IMG/VR virus record: IMGVR_UViG_3300026097_000020
Span: 3,520 to 67,519 of that record
Origin: a virus
Length of the DNA: 64,000 nucleotides
Direction: 5' to 3' (one strand)
Below the pieces are notes generated by a model, which was not told where the DNA came from, searched no databases, and saw only the letters and a program-made list of their open reading frames with translations. The first letter of the stretch is position 1. Every line of letters begins with the position of its first letter. The position numbers were made by a program, and so were the translations under genes. Shown here piece by piece: positions 19,849-30,252 of the stretch.

Positions 19849-22800
19849 TGTTTGTTAATGAAGAGCTACAGGAGCACTTAGAGACATCATCCAGAATCAA
19901 AAGCCGTTCTGCAATTGTCGCAGAGTGGAATATGAACATGTCAAAAAATATTTTTTATGCTGGTAATTATCGATACCGTCCAAATGATCCAGACTTTCCA
20001 GAGTATAATTTTATTGCTCAATCCTTTAGCACGCTAGACGAAACAAACAGGTTTTATACAGATGCTACTGACGCAGACATATTGATTGATGGCGGATTAG
20101 AAGATAACGAAATCCCCACAGCTTTCGCTTCTGATCAGGAAAAAGAAAGAATGCTTTATTCTTTAGAAGATTGTTTCGGCAGATTTCGTCCACGTTCTGG
20201 TATTAATAAGTTGAGATGGTTTGAAAACAGATATACTCATTTTTCAAATATTGACATGGTCAGCAGACCAAGATATTACATGTCTGATAAATTAGATAAT
20301 TTTAAGTATTGGACCTCTTACAGAAAAGAAAACGGGGTAGAGCGAGGTATTGCAAACAATAATTTAAATGGTCAAAACTTCATTCAGGATGCTGCACCAT
20401 TCGTAGTTTACAAAGATCCTGTACCAGCAAACAGAGTAGTAGTAAAAATGCAGACTCATGTCGGCAATATTGATTTAGGACCTTTTGTTAAAGATGACAA
20501 CCTTGTATCGGACCCATTCTTCGGAGAAGAAAATCAAGCAACTCCCGTGAGTTGGAAAATTCAAAAAATGGATATTTCTAGAAACTGGGTAGACATTGCT
20601 TCGTTTGATGAAAACTCTGAAAGATCTGATGGGTCTTCAGTAATTGGTCCAGATGGATATGTGGAGCTTGTTTATGGACTTATTATTCCTCCGGCTTATA
20701 AGCCAGGATTTGAATTGGTAAAAGAGTATTCTTCTGCAAGCTTGTTACCATCTCCAATTAGTCTTCCAAATAATACCGCTTACTTAATTAGAGAAAACAC
20801 AGACGATGCAGGAATTGTTTATGTCGTTCGTAATAACTCTCAAAAAACTCAAGGAGTATTTGTAACCTTTAATGCAGAGTACGGATGGACATTAATAGAA
20901 GAGCTTGGATCAGATACAGGTTTTGTAACAGAGCTCACCAATCCTCCAGCATTTAGAGATTTATCCAACGGGCTAACCAGATACAGAGAGTTTGAATACA
21001 TTTACGGTTTAAGAGTTGTTGTGGAAACAATGAATGTCTTTGATTCAACTTTTGATTTAATAGAACTTTCTCCCAGACTTTCTTCTAATATTTCAAACAT
21101 GGTTAGAACTTTTAACATTACAAAAACTGCTTCAGATTTAGGCAATGCCGGACTACCAGTTGGACAACTTTTAGCGTCAGTTGGATCCCTGGACATCTTT
21201 GACACAGAACAAGCATTCTTTCCAGAAAATACTAACAGCATCATAAAAGATTATACTGATCAAAATATTCAAATTAAAATTTATGAAGTTATTGAAGAGG
21301 TAAATAATAATTCTTATTTTGTACCTATTAAAACAATGTATTCAGAAGGCTTCCCAACTATTCAGTCAGATCAAAAAAATATTTCGCTTCAGCTTAGAGA
21401 CTTGTTTTTCTACATGGAATCAATTATGGCTCCACAGATCTTAATACAAAATGCATCACTTAGTTATGCTGTTTCGTTATTGTTAGACTCTGTTGGATTT
21501 AGCAACTATACTTTTCAAAGACTTCGCAATGAGGATGAAGAGATCATTCCTCATTTTTATGTTCCGCCAGATATTTCGGTAGCAGAGGTATTAAACAATA
21601 TTGCAGTCTCTACACAATCGGCAATGTTCTTTGACGAGTTCAATAATCTTGTCGTAATGAGTAGAGACTATTATTTGCCTACCAATAACGAAAGACCTTC
21701 AGATATTACCCTTAGAGGTTCTGTAGATTTTCAGCAAACTGATGTTTTAAAAAATGAAAAGACAAAAAGTAAGCTAGCTAACATTGTAGATATTTCATTT
21801 AGAAACAATCAGGTTTTTAATGACGGAGTAATCAAGTATCAAACAAGAGCTATTCAAAGATCTTATAGTTCAATTAGACAGGCATCTTTGTTAGATAAAG
21901 ACAAAACTTGGATCTATAAGCCAGCATTGCTTTGGGAGGTTAGCGGTACGGAAGCAACAAAATCTGTAAACGAAGAGGGATCCAATCAATCTTCATATGT
22001 TTTATCGGCAATACCCTTAAACTCAAATTTAAGCACAAGGGTACCATCGGTTATTAATCATCGTTTAGCAAACAATACAATTGATTTTGGCGACGGAGTC
22101 TACTGGATCGCTCGATACGAAGGGTACTTTTATGCAAATGGAGAAATGATAAAGTATGATGCCGTACAATATAATATTCCAGGCATTAGTGCTATAGAAA
22201 GAGAAGACCCTAACGTAATAGATGACAATGTGTGGATTTCAAGTGTTGAAGAGTATCAGAAATATTTTGCTAAAATTCCTTTTAATGGAAAAATGTACCC
22301 AACTGGATTAGTAAGAATCTATGCGGAACCAAACTACGAGATCGTAGGTGGGCAAACAAGGATGGTAAATGGCCCTGTCGCCAAACATGGAAGAGCTCAG
22401 TTTGGAACAAATGTCGTAGAGCATCAGGCAGGGGTATCTAGCTATTGGACAGATAGAGACAACATTCGGGGATGCTCTATGGAATCTAAATACATTTTTG
22501 ACGAGTCAATCAGAAGACTAGTTTATACGAGAAGCTCCTTAATTTCTAACGACGAAAACGCTGTAATTGAAGTTGCCGATGCAACCACTGCTCGTGTAGG
22601 AGATTATGTAGAAAAATTCTTTAATCCATCTTTTTCTTTTTTGGAAGAGGATCAGGAAACTAACATTAATCTAATACCGGAAAACACCAGAATTATTTCG
22701 GTAGATGTTGATGATAATACGATCACATTAGATAAAACAATCTCTGCAGTTTCGGATGAGGATTTTGTAGAAATAGTAGAACTTAACAATTGCACCTTAA

Positions 22801-24770
22801 TATCTAATGGAAGCAATGCAGTTATCGAAGTTCAGGACACCGCAGATCTAGAGGTCGGCCTCTACATTAAAAATTCTTTTTCAGATCCTAACGACAACAT
22901 CGTTCCAGAAAATACGCAAATTGTTTCTATTGACTCTGGAAATAACAGAGTAACCATAAGTAATTCTCTTGAGTCGCCAAATACCGAGTTTTCAGAAAAT
23001 ATCAATCTTTCAGCGGGAAGGATAATTTTTAACTCTTTGATACTTATTGAAAAAGCACCAGACTCTGTAGTTGGAAAAGCGGGAATTGAAAATAGTGTAG
23101 TTCAAAATACTTCGGTAACCGGATTAATAAAAAATATTTTTAGTGATACTTATACAGAAGAGGTTTCAAAAGACCCATACTACCCAGGAAGCCTGCAAGC
23201 CTCAGCTTTGGTAATGAAAGGTAATACGGTCAATACCTCAGAAGATCCAAAAAACTTTTTGTCATACGTTTATAAACCCCTAGACGGTCGATTTAAGCAT
23301 TTTGGGACAAGAGCTAGAATTATTGGCAGAATAGAAAACAGTGAGACTAGGGGGCAGACCCCAGACGGAAGTTCTGTTTATTATATTCCAGAACAAACAG
23401 AAACGGGTCAGTCTTCTTCAATTTCTGGTGGATCTGGTGGGCTGGCTGTAATGGTCAATCCAGAAACAAATGCTGGGTATTACTTTGAAATAGCCGCATT
23501 GACTGAAAACAATTTATCAGCATACACGGTTGATGGAGAAATCTATAATGTTTATTTTTATAGAGTAGATAGAAACGCAAATGCAACCAATGATGTTGAA
23601 AAAGCAATTCCTAAAAGATTGTTTGGCGGTATCGCAGAAATAAACGTAGATGATGGAAGCTTCGTGGGGCAGTCAAGAATGACAAACGAAGACACTACTA
23701 CCGTTTATGACTTAGCTGTTGAATATGAAGATGTGGATAACATTAGAAGATTCTATTTGTACTTAAACAATCAGATAGTAGGAATTGTAGATGATGAAAA
23801 TCCTTTACCAATATACAACAACATGTCTCTTTTTGTCAGAGGTAATGCAAAGATTATGTTTGAAAATGTCTACGCACTTTCAGAAAACTATAGCCAAAAC
23901 ACGACATTTGATCTTCCAAGAGAAGAAGGGCTGGCAAATCAACTAAGAGAATCCATTTTTGGAGTGGAAGACTTGACTGCAAATAATGCCTTCCGAAAGT
24001 ATGTTGTTAGTGGATTTATCCAATCATCATATTTAAGAGGGATAAGCTCATCCGAACCACCTAAATACAATATTTATTATGAAGAGTTCGGCACCATTAT
24101 GAGAGAAGCTTCCTACTTCGATATTAGATACAATAAGGCGTATCCAGCTCTAGCCGCTCAGATATCTCCAACAGTCAATAGGATTAAAGGCTACACAGTG
24201 TCCGGATTTTTGGCTGGGGCTTACGGGGCAGAGTTTTTAATATTTAATCATACAGATACAGCGTTAAGTCTGGATTCTTCTAGCGGCAACTATTTAAGAA
24301 TTCAAGGGGTTACCTTTACTCAACAAGCAAATCATGAGCTCACTGTTGACCAGTACTTTCAAAAAAAATCTAACTTTGCAGATCCTAAATTTATCTCGAA
24401 CTCATTTGTGGAATCTCCAGTAGATGCTAAAAAAGAATATCAGGATATTAAGTTGACCAGAATTAGCGAAGGTAAAAAAGACTTTTCTGTAGAGGCACCT
24501 TACATTCAAACTCAAGCACATGCAGAAAGATTGATGGATTGGTTAACTGATAAAATTATGAAACCCAGAAAGTCTGTTGGAGTAAGAATTTTTCCAATGC
24601 CAACTCTTCAGTTGGGGGATATCGTGCAAATTGATTATCTTAATAAAAATAATTTTTATGAAGTTTCTAATCCAGAGGACAAGTTCGTGATCTATAGCAT
24701 TTCGTATTCTAAAGATTCTAGCGGTCCCAGTATGGAATTGTTTTTAAGTGAGGTGAGCGATGGTATCTGA
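19848..24770 (+). CDS. large baseplate hub / tail tip protein
   Basis: 1640 aa after Dit; C-terminal APYIQT..AERL...LQLGDIV hub signature; internal tandem domain duplication. Confidence 0.7.
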   Translation: MFVNEELQEHLETSSRIKSRSAIVAEWNMNMSKNIFYAGNYRYRPNDPDFPEYNFIAQSFSTLDETNRFYTDATDADILIDGGLEDNEIPTAFASDQEKERMLYSLEDCFGRFRPRSGINKLRWFENRYTHFSNIDMVSRPRYYMSDKLDNFKYWTSYRKENGVERGIANNNLNGQNFIQDAAPFVVYKDPVPANRVVVKMQTHVGNIDLGPFVKDDNLVSDPFFGEENQATPVSWKIQKMDISRNWVDIASFDENSERSDGSSVIGPDGYVELVYGLIIPPAYKPGFELVKEYSSASLLPSPISLPNNTAYLIRENTDDAGIVYVVRNNSQKTQGVFVTFNAEYGWTLIEELGSDTGFVTELTNPPAFRDLSNGLTRYREFEYIYGLRVVVETMNVFDSTFDLIELSPRLSSNISNMVRTFNITKTASDLGNAGLPVGQLLASVGSLDIFDTEQAFFPENTNSIIKDYTDQNIQIKIYEVIEEVNNNSYFVPIKTMYSEGFPTIQSDQKNISLQLRDLFFYMESIMAPQILIQNASLSYAVSLLLDSVGFSNYTFQRLRNEDEEIIPHFYVPPDISVAEVLNNIAVSTQSAMFFDEFNNLVVMSRDYYLPTNNERPSDITLRGSVDFQQTDVLKNEKTKSKLANIVDISFRNNQVFNDGVIKYQTRAIQRSYSSIRQASLLDKDKTWIYKPALLWEVSGTEATKSVNEEGSNQSSYVLSAIPLNSNLSTRVPSVINHRLANNTIDFGDGVYWIARYEGYFYANGEMIKYDAVQYNIPGISAIEREDPNVIDDNVWISSVEEYQKYFAKIPFNGKMYPTGLVRIYAEPNYEIVGGQTRMVNGPVAKHGRAQFGTNVVEHQAGVSSYWTDRDNIRGCSMESKYIFDESIRRLVYTRSSLISNDENAVIEVADATTARVGDYVEKFFNPSFSFLEEDQETNINLIPENTRIISVDVDDNTITLDKTISAVSDEDFVEIVELNNCTLISNGSNAVIEVQDTADLEVGLYIKNSFSDPNDNIVPENTQIVSIDSGNNRVTISNSLESPNTEFSENINLSAGRIIFNSLILIEKAPDSVVGKAGIENSVVQNTSVTGLIKNIFSDTYTEEVSKDPYYPGSLQASALVMKGNTVNTSEDPKNFLSYVYKPLDGRFKHFGTRARIIGRIENSETRGQTPDGSSVYYIPEQTETGQSSSISGGSGGLAVMVNPETNAGYYFEIAALTENNLSAYTVDGEIYNVYFYRVDRNANATNDVEKAIPKRLFGGIAEINVDDGSFVGQSRMTNEDTTTVYDLAVEYEDVDNIRRFYLYLNNQIVGIVDDENPLPIYNNMSLFVRGNAKIMFENVYALSENYSQNTTFDLPREEGLANQLRESIFGVEDLTANNAFRKYVVSGFIQSSYLRGISSSEPPKYNIYYEEFGTIMREASYFDIRYNKAYPALAAQISPTVNRIKGYTVSGFLAGAYGAEFLIFNHTDTALSLDSSSGNYLRIQGVTFTQQANHELTVDQYFQKKSNFADPKFISNSFVESPVDAKKEYQDIKLTRISEGKKDFSVEAPYIQTQAHAERLMDWLTDKIMKPRKSVGVRIFPMPTLQLGDIVQIDYLNKNNFYEVSNPEDKFVIYSISYSKDSSGPSMELFLSEVSDGI

Positions 24771-25404
24771 TTTCAACAAACCAGCGGTAGAACCAGTTCC
24801 AGACGTACCGGAGTATAGAACGCCGGACGATGTCTATCGAGGAACACAAGAAGCAGACCCCGATCTAATTATCTTTGATGAAGACAGCCTTCCAGTAGAT
24901 ATTATGACGGATCTTCTTTTTGAAAATCTTGGCGGCAGAGAAATTATAAACATTTCTCGTAATGATATTCTGAACGGTCAAAATGTTAGATATAATATTA
25001 TTGCAAATCTCGGGTTGCTTGCTCAAGAATATAATAGTAGAAACATTTTCAGGGTTTCGGGAAATCTTTCTGATTTTTTCGACAATTTTTCCATTCCTCT
25101 TGCTCCAAGGATTCCAAGAAACGGAACAGGGCCAGCTTTGTTTTATGTCGGAACCGAAAACTCAAATGGCTGTACTGGGTTTCCAGTTTTAAACAGATAT
25201 AATGACACCGTAATCGCGTGCCTTGGAACGCTGTCCGAAGCAAGAAATGCTATAGATAAAGATCTTGCACCCTATAGAGACATCGTGTATAGTAATCCAG
25301 AAAACGGAGACGTCGTGGTCGATGTAACCAATCTAACCAACAACGAAAAGGTAGATATAGAAATTCTCTCCTTGTCTGATTTGGAAAATGATACAATATA
25401 TTAG
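24760..25404 (+). CDS. minor tail protein
   Basis: ORF in the tail module, overlapping the upstream stop. Confidence 0.55.
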   Translation: MVSDFNKPAVEPVPDVPEYRTPDDVYRGTQEADPDLIIFDEDSLPVDIMTDLLFENLGGREIINISRNDILNGQNVRYNIIANLGLLAQEYNSRNIFRVSGNLSDFFDNFSIPLAPRIPRNGTGPALFYVGTENSNGCTGFPVLNRYNDTVIACLGTLSEARNAIDKDLAPYRDIVYSNPENGDVVVDVTNLTNNEKVDIEILSLSDLENDTIY

Positions 25405-25413
25405 GAGATTTTT

Positions 25414-26586
25414 ATGATTACAGATACTGGAAGAAACATTTTGTCCAAATACCTTGTTGGACAGGCACAATCGTACGCTTCATATATTGCAATTGGCGTA
25501 GGTCCCAAGCCACTGGCTGTTGGCGAAACTTTTCCAAACTTTTCAGACAAAGAAAGTTTAGATTTTGAAGTTTTAAGAATGCCTATTAGTAGTCGTGGAT
25601 ATGTGTATGATGAGTCGGGAAATCCTCAGATTGTTTTTGCTGCAGAAATTCCTACAGATCAAAGATATGAGATTAGTGAGGTAGGGGTTTATCCAGGAAG
25701 AACAAATCCCGTTGCTGGTAGTCTAGAAAGCAAAATTCTTTATTCTTTTTCAGAATCTGAAAATTGGGAGTATCACACTGAAAATACTGCGGCCTCTATC
25801 CCACTTATAGTGGAACCACTTAATGGAGATCAAGAAGGTGGTGTAATTAATCCTGAAGATGAATTCGGCAATGATCTAGTAGTCTTCAGAACAAACTCAA
25901 ACAATACTGTTTTTAGTGGTCCTATTAGACAAACCCTTCAGGAAAGACCAAGATTTTTAAATAGAGCATTGTTTTTAAGAGGAGACATGTCTCATCTTGT
26001 CAACAACGTAACAACAGGAGAGTTGGAAATTTTTACGGGCGACTCAAATTATAATGCTTCTCATATTCACTATAATGGTATTAGCGTTAATCTAGACCCG
26101 ACATCAGCAGATGATGAAATTAGGCTAGCCTTCTCCCTTCTGAGCAAAGATGAAACTCAGGCAGAAGACCCTCAGGTGGTACGACTCCTTATTGAGTTCT
26201 CCGAGGCAGACATTGCTCAACCAGCAAACTTTGCCAGGTTTGAAGTTGATCTAACTCAGGGTTCTTCAGGAATCGACTTTGCAGGAAACAGATACTTTGT
26301 AATTAAGAAAAAACTTTCAGAGCTAATCAAAAGTCCTGGTTTTACCTGGAATGCTGTTAACTCCGTAAGAATATACTCAACAGTGCTCGAATTTGCGAGC
26401 TCTGTGCCATCCCCTAATTTTTATATTTCTTTGGACGGTATAAGATTTGAAAACACCACCTCCCAAAGCCCTCTTTACGGATTAACCGGATATTCGCTAA
26501 TAAAAACAGCAAACGGTTTTCCTGTAGTTAAAGAATCAAACACCTCAAATCTTATAGAATTTAGATTTGGATTGGAAATTGCTTAA
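25414..26586 (+). CDS. minor tail / baseplate protein
   Basis: MITDTGRNIL...YIAIGVG...ISEVGVY N-terminus typical of tail-collar/baseplate proteins; AGGAG RBS. Confidence 0.6.
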   Translation: MITDTGRNILSKYLVGQAQSYASYIAIGVGPKPLAVGETFPNFSDKESLDFEVLRMPISSRGYVYDESGNPQIVFAAEIPTDQRYEISEVGVYPGRTNPVAGSLESKILYSFSESENWEYHTENTAASIPLIVEPLNGDQEGGVINPEDEFGNDLVVFRTNSNNTVFSGPIRQTLQERPRFLNRALFLRGDMSHLVNNVTTGELEIFTGDSNYNASHIHYNGISVNLDPTSADDEIRLAFSLLSKDETQAEDPQVVRLLIEFSEADIAQPANFARFEVDLTQGSSGIDFAGNRYFVIKKKLSELIKSPGFTWNAVNSVRIYSTVLEFASSVPSPNFYISLDGIRFENTTSQSPLYGLTGYSLIKTANGFPVVKESNTSNLIEFRFGLEIA

Positions 26587-27152
26587 TGACAATTCGAGGT
26601 CCACAAAAAGCGATTTTATCAGAAGATCAATTGCCCCCCTTAACAGTTTTTGATGATGGAGGATTCGGATATATTGTTAGATATCGAATTGTTTCTGAAG
26701 ATAGGAACAGGTTTTCTGCTTACTCACCTAATTTTTATGTAAGACCAAACTATGTTTTTGAAAGGCCAGGAGGCCTAGCATTAGATGCTGTTGGCGTTAT
26801 TCGTCAAGGTCCTTATGTAAATGTTGTCTGGGATCCAATTTTTGTAAAAGACAGAGTAAGTGCTTTAGAGATTAAGGCAGAGTCTAGATACGACCTATAT
26901 GTTAGTTGGACCCAAGAAGAGGAGGAAAGGCTTTACCTTCCCGCAGAAAGATTTGACGGAAATATCCAGGGTTTTATTGTTCCATCTTCTTATACTTTAA
27001 GTAACGGAACAACCGTTGATTCGGAGCCCACACATCTTTCTGTAGAAATTTATGTTAGATCAACAAATAGAAGCAGAGGCAATTCCGAGCTTTTAGTGTA
27101 TAAGATTGAAGATGTTAACATTGAACCACCGCTACCAGACCCGGCAACTTAA
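26586..27152 (+). CDS. minor tail protein (FN3-like)
   Basis: YIVRYRIVSEDRNRFSAYSP motif; tail module. Confidence 0.5.
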   Translation: MTIRGPQKAILSEDQLPPLTVFDDGGFGYIVRYRIVSEDRNRFSAYSPNFYVRPNYVFERPGGLALDAVGVIRQGPYVNVVWDPIFVKDRVSALEIKAESRYDLYVSWTQEEEERLYLPAERFDGNIQGFIVPSSYTLSNGTTVDSEPTHLSVEIYVRSTNRSRGNSELLVYKIEDVNIEPPLPDPAT

Positions 27153-27177
27153 TGCTATACTATTATAGGAGAAAAAA

Positions 27178-27624
27178 ATGACCAGAGTACCGACACCAGC
27201 CAGAGGCCAGCCGCTAGACTTGTCTTATATCTATCAGTTAGCGGAAGCGGTTAATGATCTGTCTAAACAAGTCTCTTCTACATCCAGCAGATACACCAGT
27301 ATTGACACTGTTTCTGCAGGTACTCAAAGAGTAAAAACATCAGATGCAAGAGTTGTTGGTGGATACTTAGTTGTTAACAATAACACAAGCACCTCTTCCG
27401 ATTCCGAAACTTCTTTTTCATATAATTTTGAAGATTTCGCATTTGTTCCTGTAATTACAGCAACTCCTATCTTAATTGGAGATGCAGCGACAGAGTCCGG
27501 AAAAGATGTTAATGTAATGCTGACGAAGATTACAACGAATCGTGTTGAGGGAGTCGTACGTTTTAACACTATCGGTGTGGCATCGGTAGGAATAAACCTT
27601 CTTGCTGTCGGCATTCCAGTTTAG
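27178..27624 (+). CDS. minor tail protein / small fibre-like protein
   Basis: Coiled N-terminus plus beta C-terminus (F.F.PVITATP...NLLAVG); promoter TGCTATACT at 27153-27161; AGGAG RBS. Confidence 0.55.
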   Translation: MTRVPTPARGQPLDLSYIYQLAEAVNDLSKQVSSTSSRYTSIDTVSAGTQRVKTSDARVVGGYLVVNNNTSTSSDSETSFSYNFEDFAFVPVITATPILIGDAATESGKDVNVMLTKITTNRVEGVVRFNTIGVASVGINLLAVGIPV

Positions 27625-27632
27625 GGAGCGAC

Positions 27633-28154
27633 GTGGATAGAGAGAGATACAATTCTGAGCCACCAATTGTCGGCAATAAAAGTGTTTGGTTTCTTAATGG
27701 AGATCTTGTAAGAAAACATCACATTAGTAAATCTAATGGAATAATTTCTCTATACAACATTAACAAAGATAGAATAGAAAGTTGCTTTGTTTCCGATTTT
27801 AAAAAGAATCGAGAAAAGGCTTACACCGTAAAGGAAACCGCTGAGCTAGTGAACAGGCATAGAAAATATTTGCCCAGACTTATGCAGTCTGGCAAAATTC
27901 CATATCCCATTGGTGCAACGAAAGATGGAAAAACCGCCTTTCGTATTAGATCTTACTACTCTGAATCAATGGTTCATGAGATCAGAGACATCCTGGCAAC
28001 GTTTCACAAGGGCAGACCAAGAAAAGATGGTCTAATTACAAACGACATGACCCCCACAAAACAAGAGTTGACAAGGCGTATGGGGGATGGTATCCTTACA
28101 TATATGAGAACGGCAAATGGTGACTTTGTTCCAACTTGGACAGAGTCTATTTAG
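27633..28154 (+). CDS. DNA-binding HTH protein (MerR/excisionase-like)
   Basis: YTVKETAELVNRHRKYL winged-HTH pattern, GRPRK AT-hook-like motif. Confidence 0.6.
   Translation: MDRERYNSEPPIVGNKSVWFLNGDLVRKHHISKSNGIISLYNINKDRIESCFVSDFKKNREKAYTVKETAELVNRHRKYLPRLMQSGKIPYPIGATKDGKTAFRIRSYYSESMVHEIRDILATFHKGRPRKDGLITNDMTPTKQELTRRMGDGILTYMRTANGDFVPTWTESI
28068..28096 (+). promoter_or_regulatory. sigma70/SigA-type promoter for replication genes
   Basis: TTGACA-17 nt-TATCCT with TG extension. Confidence 0.6.
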
Positions 28155-28167
28155 AGAGGTATGAGAG

Positions 28168-28374
28168 ATGGAAAATAAAGAGACTAAGGTTAATGTAGCA
28201 CTAGGCTACACTTTAAATCTGGGTAACTTTCAATCCTTACGCATCGATATTGGTGTAGAGGATAGCCTGCGTAATGAAGAGCACGTAGATGAAGCTTTTA
28301 ACAGGGTCTACGGTTTTGTAGAACAAAAGCTTATTGAGAAAATTCAGGAAGCCAAGACCGAAGTGGAGGAGTAG
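28168..28374 (+). CDS. hypothetical protein
   Basis: 68-aa ORF with GAGG RBS, motif TLNLGNFQSLRID. Confidence 0.65.
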   Translation: MENKETKVNVALGYTLNLGNFQSLRIDIGVEDSLRNEEHVDEAFNRVYGFVEQKLIEKIQEAKTEVEE

Positions 28375-28682
28375 TGGCAGATCGCAAAGACCGAATGGCT
28401 TTGCTCAGTCGCTATGCTAAGTTACACACAGTACGCTATGGGTCTAGGCCAGATCACAATTTAAACAAAGAGCAGTGGGCCGCAGATAATCTTGTGGAGT
28501 CTTATTCGCTGCCGATGTGCTACGATCTTTTAGATTATTACTTTGAGACAGCACATACACCAAGCTGGAAATATTTTGCCAACTATGCAGACGCCATAGT
28601 GCAGGCAAAGAGGCAGCTTGAGCAAGACAAGAGGGAACGAGCAGAGCGTCGCAAAATGGCAAAGGAATGGTTGAGTGAATAA
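28374..28682 (+). CDS. hypothetical protein (possible helicase loader)
   Basis: ORF overlapping both neighbours, directly upstream of dnaB; function inferred from position only. Confidence 0.55.
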   Translation: MADRKDRMALLSRYAKLHTVRYGSRPDHNLNKEQWAADNLVESYSLPMCYDLLDYYFETAHTPSWKYFANYADAIVQAKRQLEQDKRERAERRKMAKEWLSE

Positions 28683-29895
28683 TACAGAGTCCAAGGTTAT
28701 ATCTGCAGTACTAGAAGACAAGCAGGTGCACGTACTTCTTCAAGCAAATGTTGACGGCATCATGCGAACACACGGAGACATCTGGGAATTTATTCGTAAC
28801 TATTTTGAAAAGAATGGTATCGCTCCCCCTCCATCTTTGGTGGTGGAAAAATTTAGAGACTTCACACTTGTTGATGGAATAGGGTCAACCAAACATCACC
28901 TGGAGGAGCTGCAGACAGAGTATCTTAACGATAGCCTTAAAGATATCCTAAGGGAAGCAGCCACAGATGTTCAGCTTGGCATGGGGGCAGATGTTCTAGA
29001 AGGCCTTATTACAAAAACATCAGAGCTTAAAAAGAATACCTCTGCAATTAGAGATATTGATGCAACGGATATTGATTCTGCCGTAGCATATTTTCAAAAG
29101 CTTAAGGAGCAGCAAGAGTCTGGTGCTTTAGGAATTAAAACTGGCTTACCTGGATTTGACAACTACCTTCCTTCTGGAATTATGCCTGGTCAGCTAGGTG
29201 TCTTTTTGGCATATCCTGGAATTGGTAAGTCTTGGCTATCGCTGTACTTTGCAGTACAAGCTTGGAAGCAGGGCAGATCGCCAATGGTAATCAGCCTTGA
29301 GATGTCAGAGACAGAGGTTCGTAATCGTGCTTTTACAATTATGGGGGAGGGTCTATTCTCTCATCGCAAGCTTAGCAACGGTGAGGTAGATCTAGAAGAC
29401 TTAAAGCGTTGGCATAAAGGTAAGATAGAGGGCAAGCCAGAGTTTAAGATTATCTCTAATGACACTGGCGGCGAGATTACTCCTTCGGTTTTGCGAGGAA
29501 AGATTGACCAGTATAAGCCAGACTTTGTAATCGTTGACTATCTTCAGCTTATGAGTCCCAACCAAAAGTCAGACAACGAGACGGTACGCATGAAGAACCT
29601 GTCTCGTGAACTCAAACTTATGGCTATTTCAGAGGAGGTGCCAATCATGGCTATATCCTCAGCAACTCCAGATGACGTTACCAAGCTAGAAACAGTTCCT
29701 ACCCTTGGTCAAACTGCCTGGTCTCGCCAAATTGCTTACGATGCCGACTGGGTGCTTGCACTTGGTCGAGGTAGCAATAGTGATGTTATCGAGTGTGTCT
29801 TCCGAAAGAATCGTAATGGGTTCATGGGAGAGTTTATGGTCCAGGTAGACTTTGACAAGGGCTGGTACAAGTATAAGGATCTTGAAGATATGTAG
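28675..29895 (+). CDS. dnaB: DnaB-like replicative helicase
   Basis: Walker A AYPGIGKS, SLEMS, IVDYLQLM, DADWVL, KNRNG. Confidence 0.93.
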   Translation: MNNTESKVISAVLEDKQVHVLLQANVDGIMRTHGDIWEFIRNYFEKNGIAPPPSLVVEKFRDFTLVDGIGSTKHHLEELQTEYLNDSLKDILREAATDVQLGMGADVLEGLITKTSELKKNTSAIRDIDATDIDSAVAYFQKLKEQQESGALGIKTGLPGFDNYLPSGIMPGQLGVFLAYPGIGKSWLSLYFAVQAWKQGRSPMVISLEMSETEVRNRAFTIMGEGLFSHRKLSNGEVDLEDLKRWHKGKIEGKPEFKIISNDTGGEITPSVLRGKIDQYKPDFVIVDYLQLMSPNQKSDNETVRMKNLSRELKLMAISEEVPIMAISSATPDDVTKLETVPTLGQTAWSRQIAYDADWVLALGRGSNSDVIECVFRKNRNGFMGEFMVQVDFDKGWYKYKDLEDM

Positions 29896-29907
29896 GTATA
29901 ATTGGTT

Positions 29908-30252
29908 ATGGAAAAAATACACCATAAACCTATTAAAAAATTTGGACTAGATGGTAAGATACATAACGATGCCGACCTTCCAAGACTTAAAACGGAATAT
30001 GTAAAACTAGTTTTGACACAGATGAGAATGGCTGGGTATGTACCAAAATTTGATATTGAAACAGATTATACGCTATCATATAATTACACAAAAAACTATT
30101 TTGAATTTGAATTATCAATATACGGAGTATACGTAGGAAAGAAAAAAAGCAATTGGATAATAGGAATATACAAAAATCGCGTGCTGTACTATCACCAGAG
30201 CAAACAAAGAGAATGCTCATCGGTGTCGGGGTCGATATCGAAGGAGAAGTAG
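29908..30252 (+). CDS. hypothetical protein
   Basis: ORF between helicase and primase, TATAAT 5 nt upstream of ATG; 3' end overlaps primase. Confidence 0.6.
   Translation: MEKIHHKPIKKFGLDGKIHNDADLPRLKTEYVKLVLTQMRMAGYVPKFDIETDYTLSYNYTKNYFEFELSIYGVYVGKKKSNWIIGIYKNRVLYYHQSKQRECSSVSGSISKEK

Noticed and set aside
29908-30252. 100-nt overlap between a hypothetical gene and the primase as possible overprinting
   Set aside because: The primase may start later (ATG 30213), shrinking the overlap; cannot be resolved from sequence
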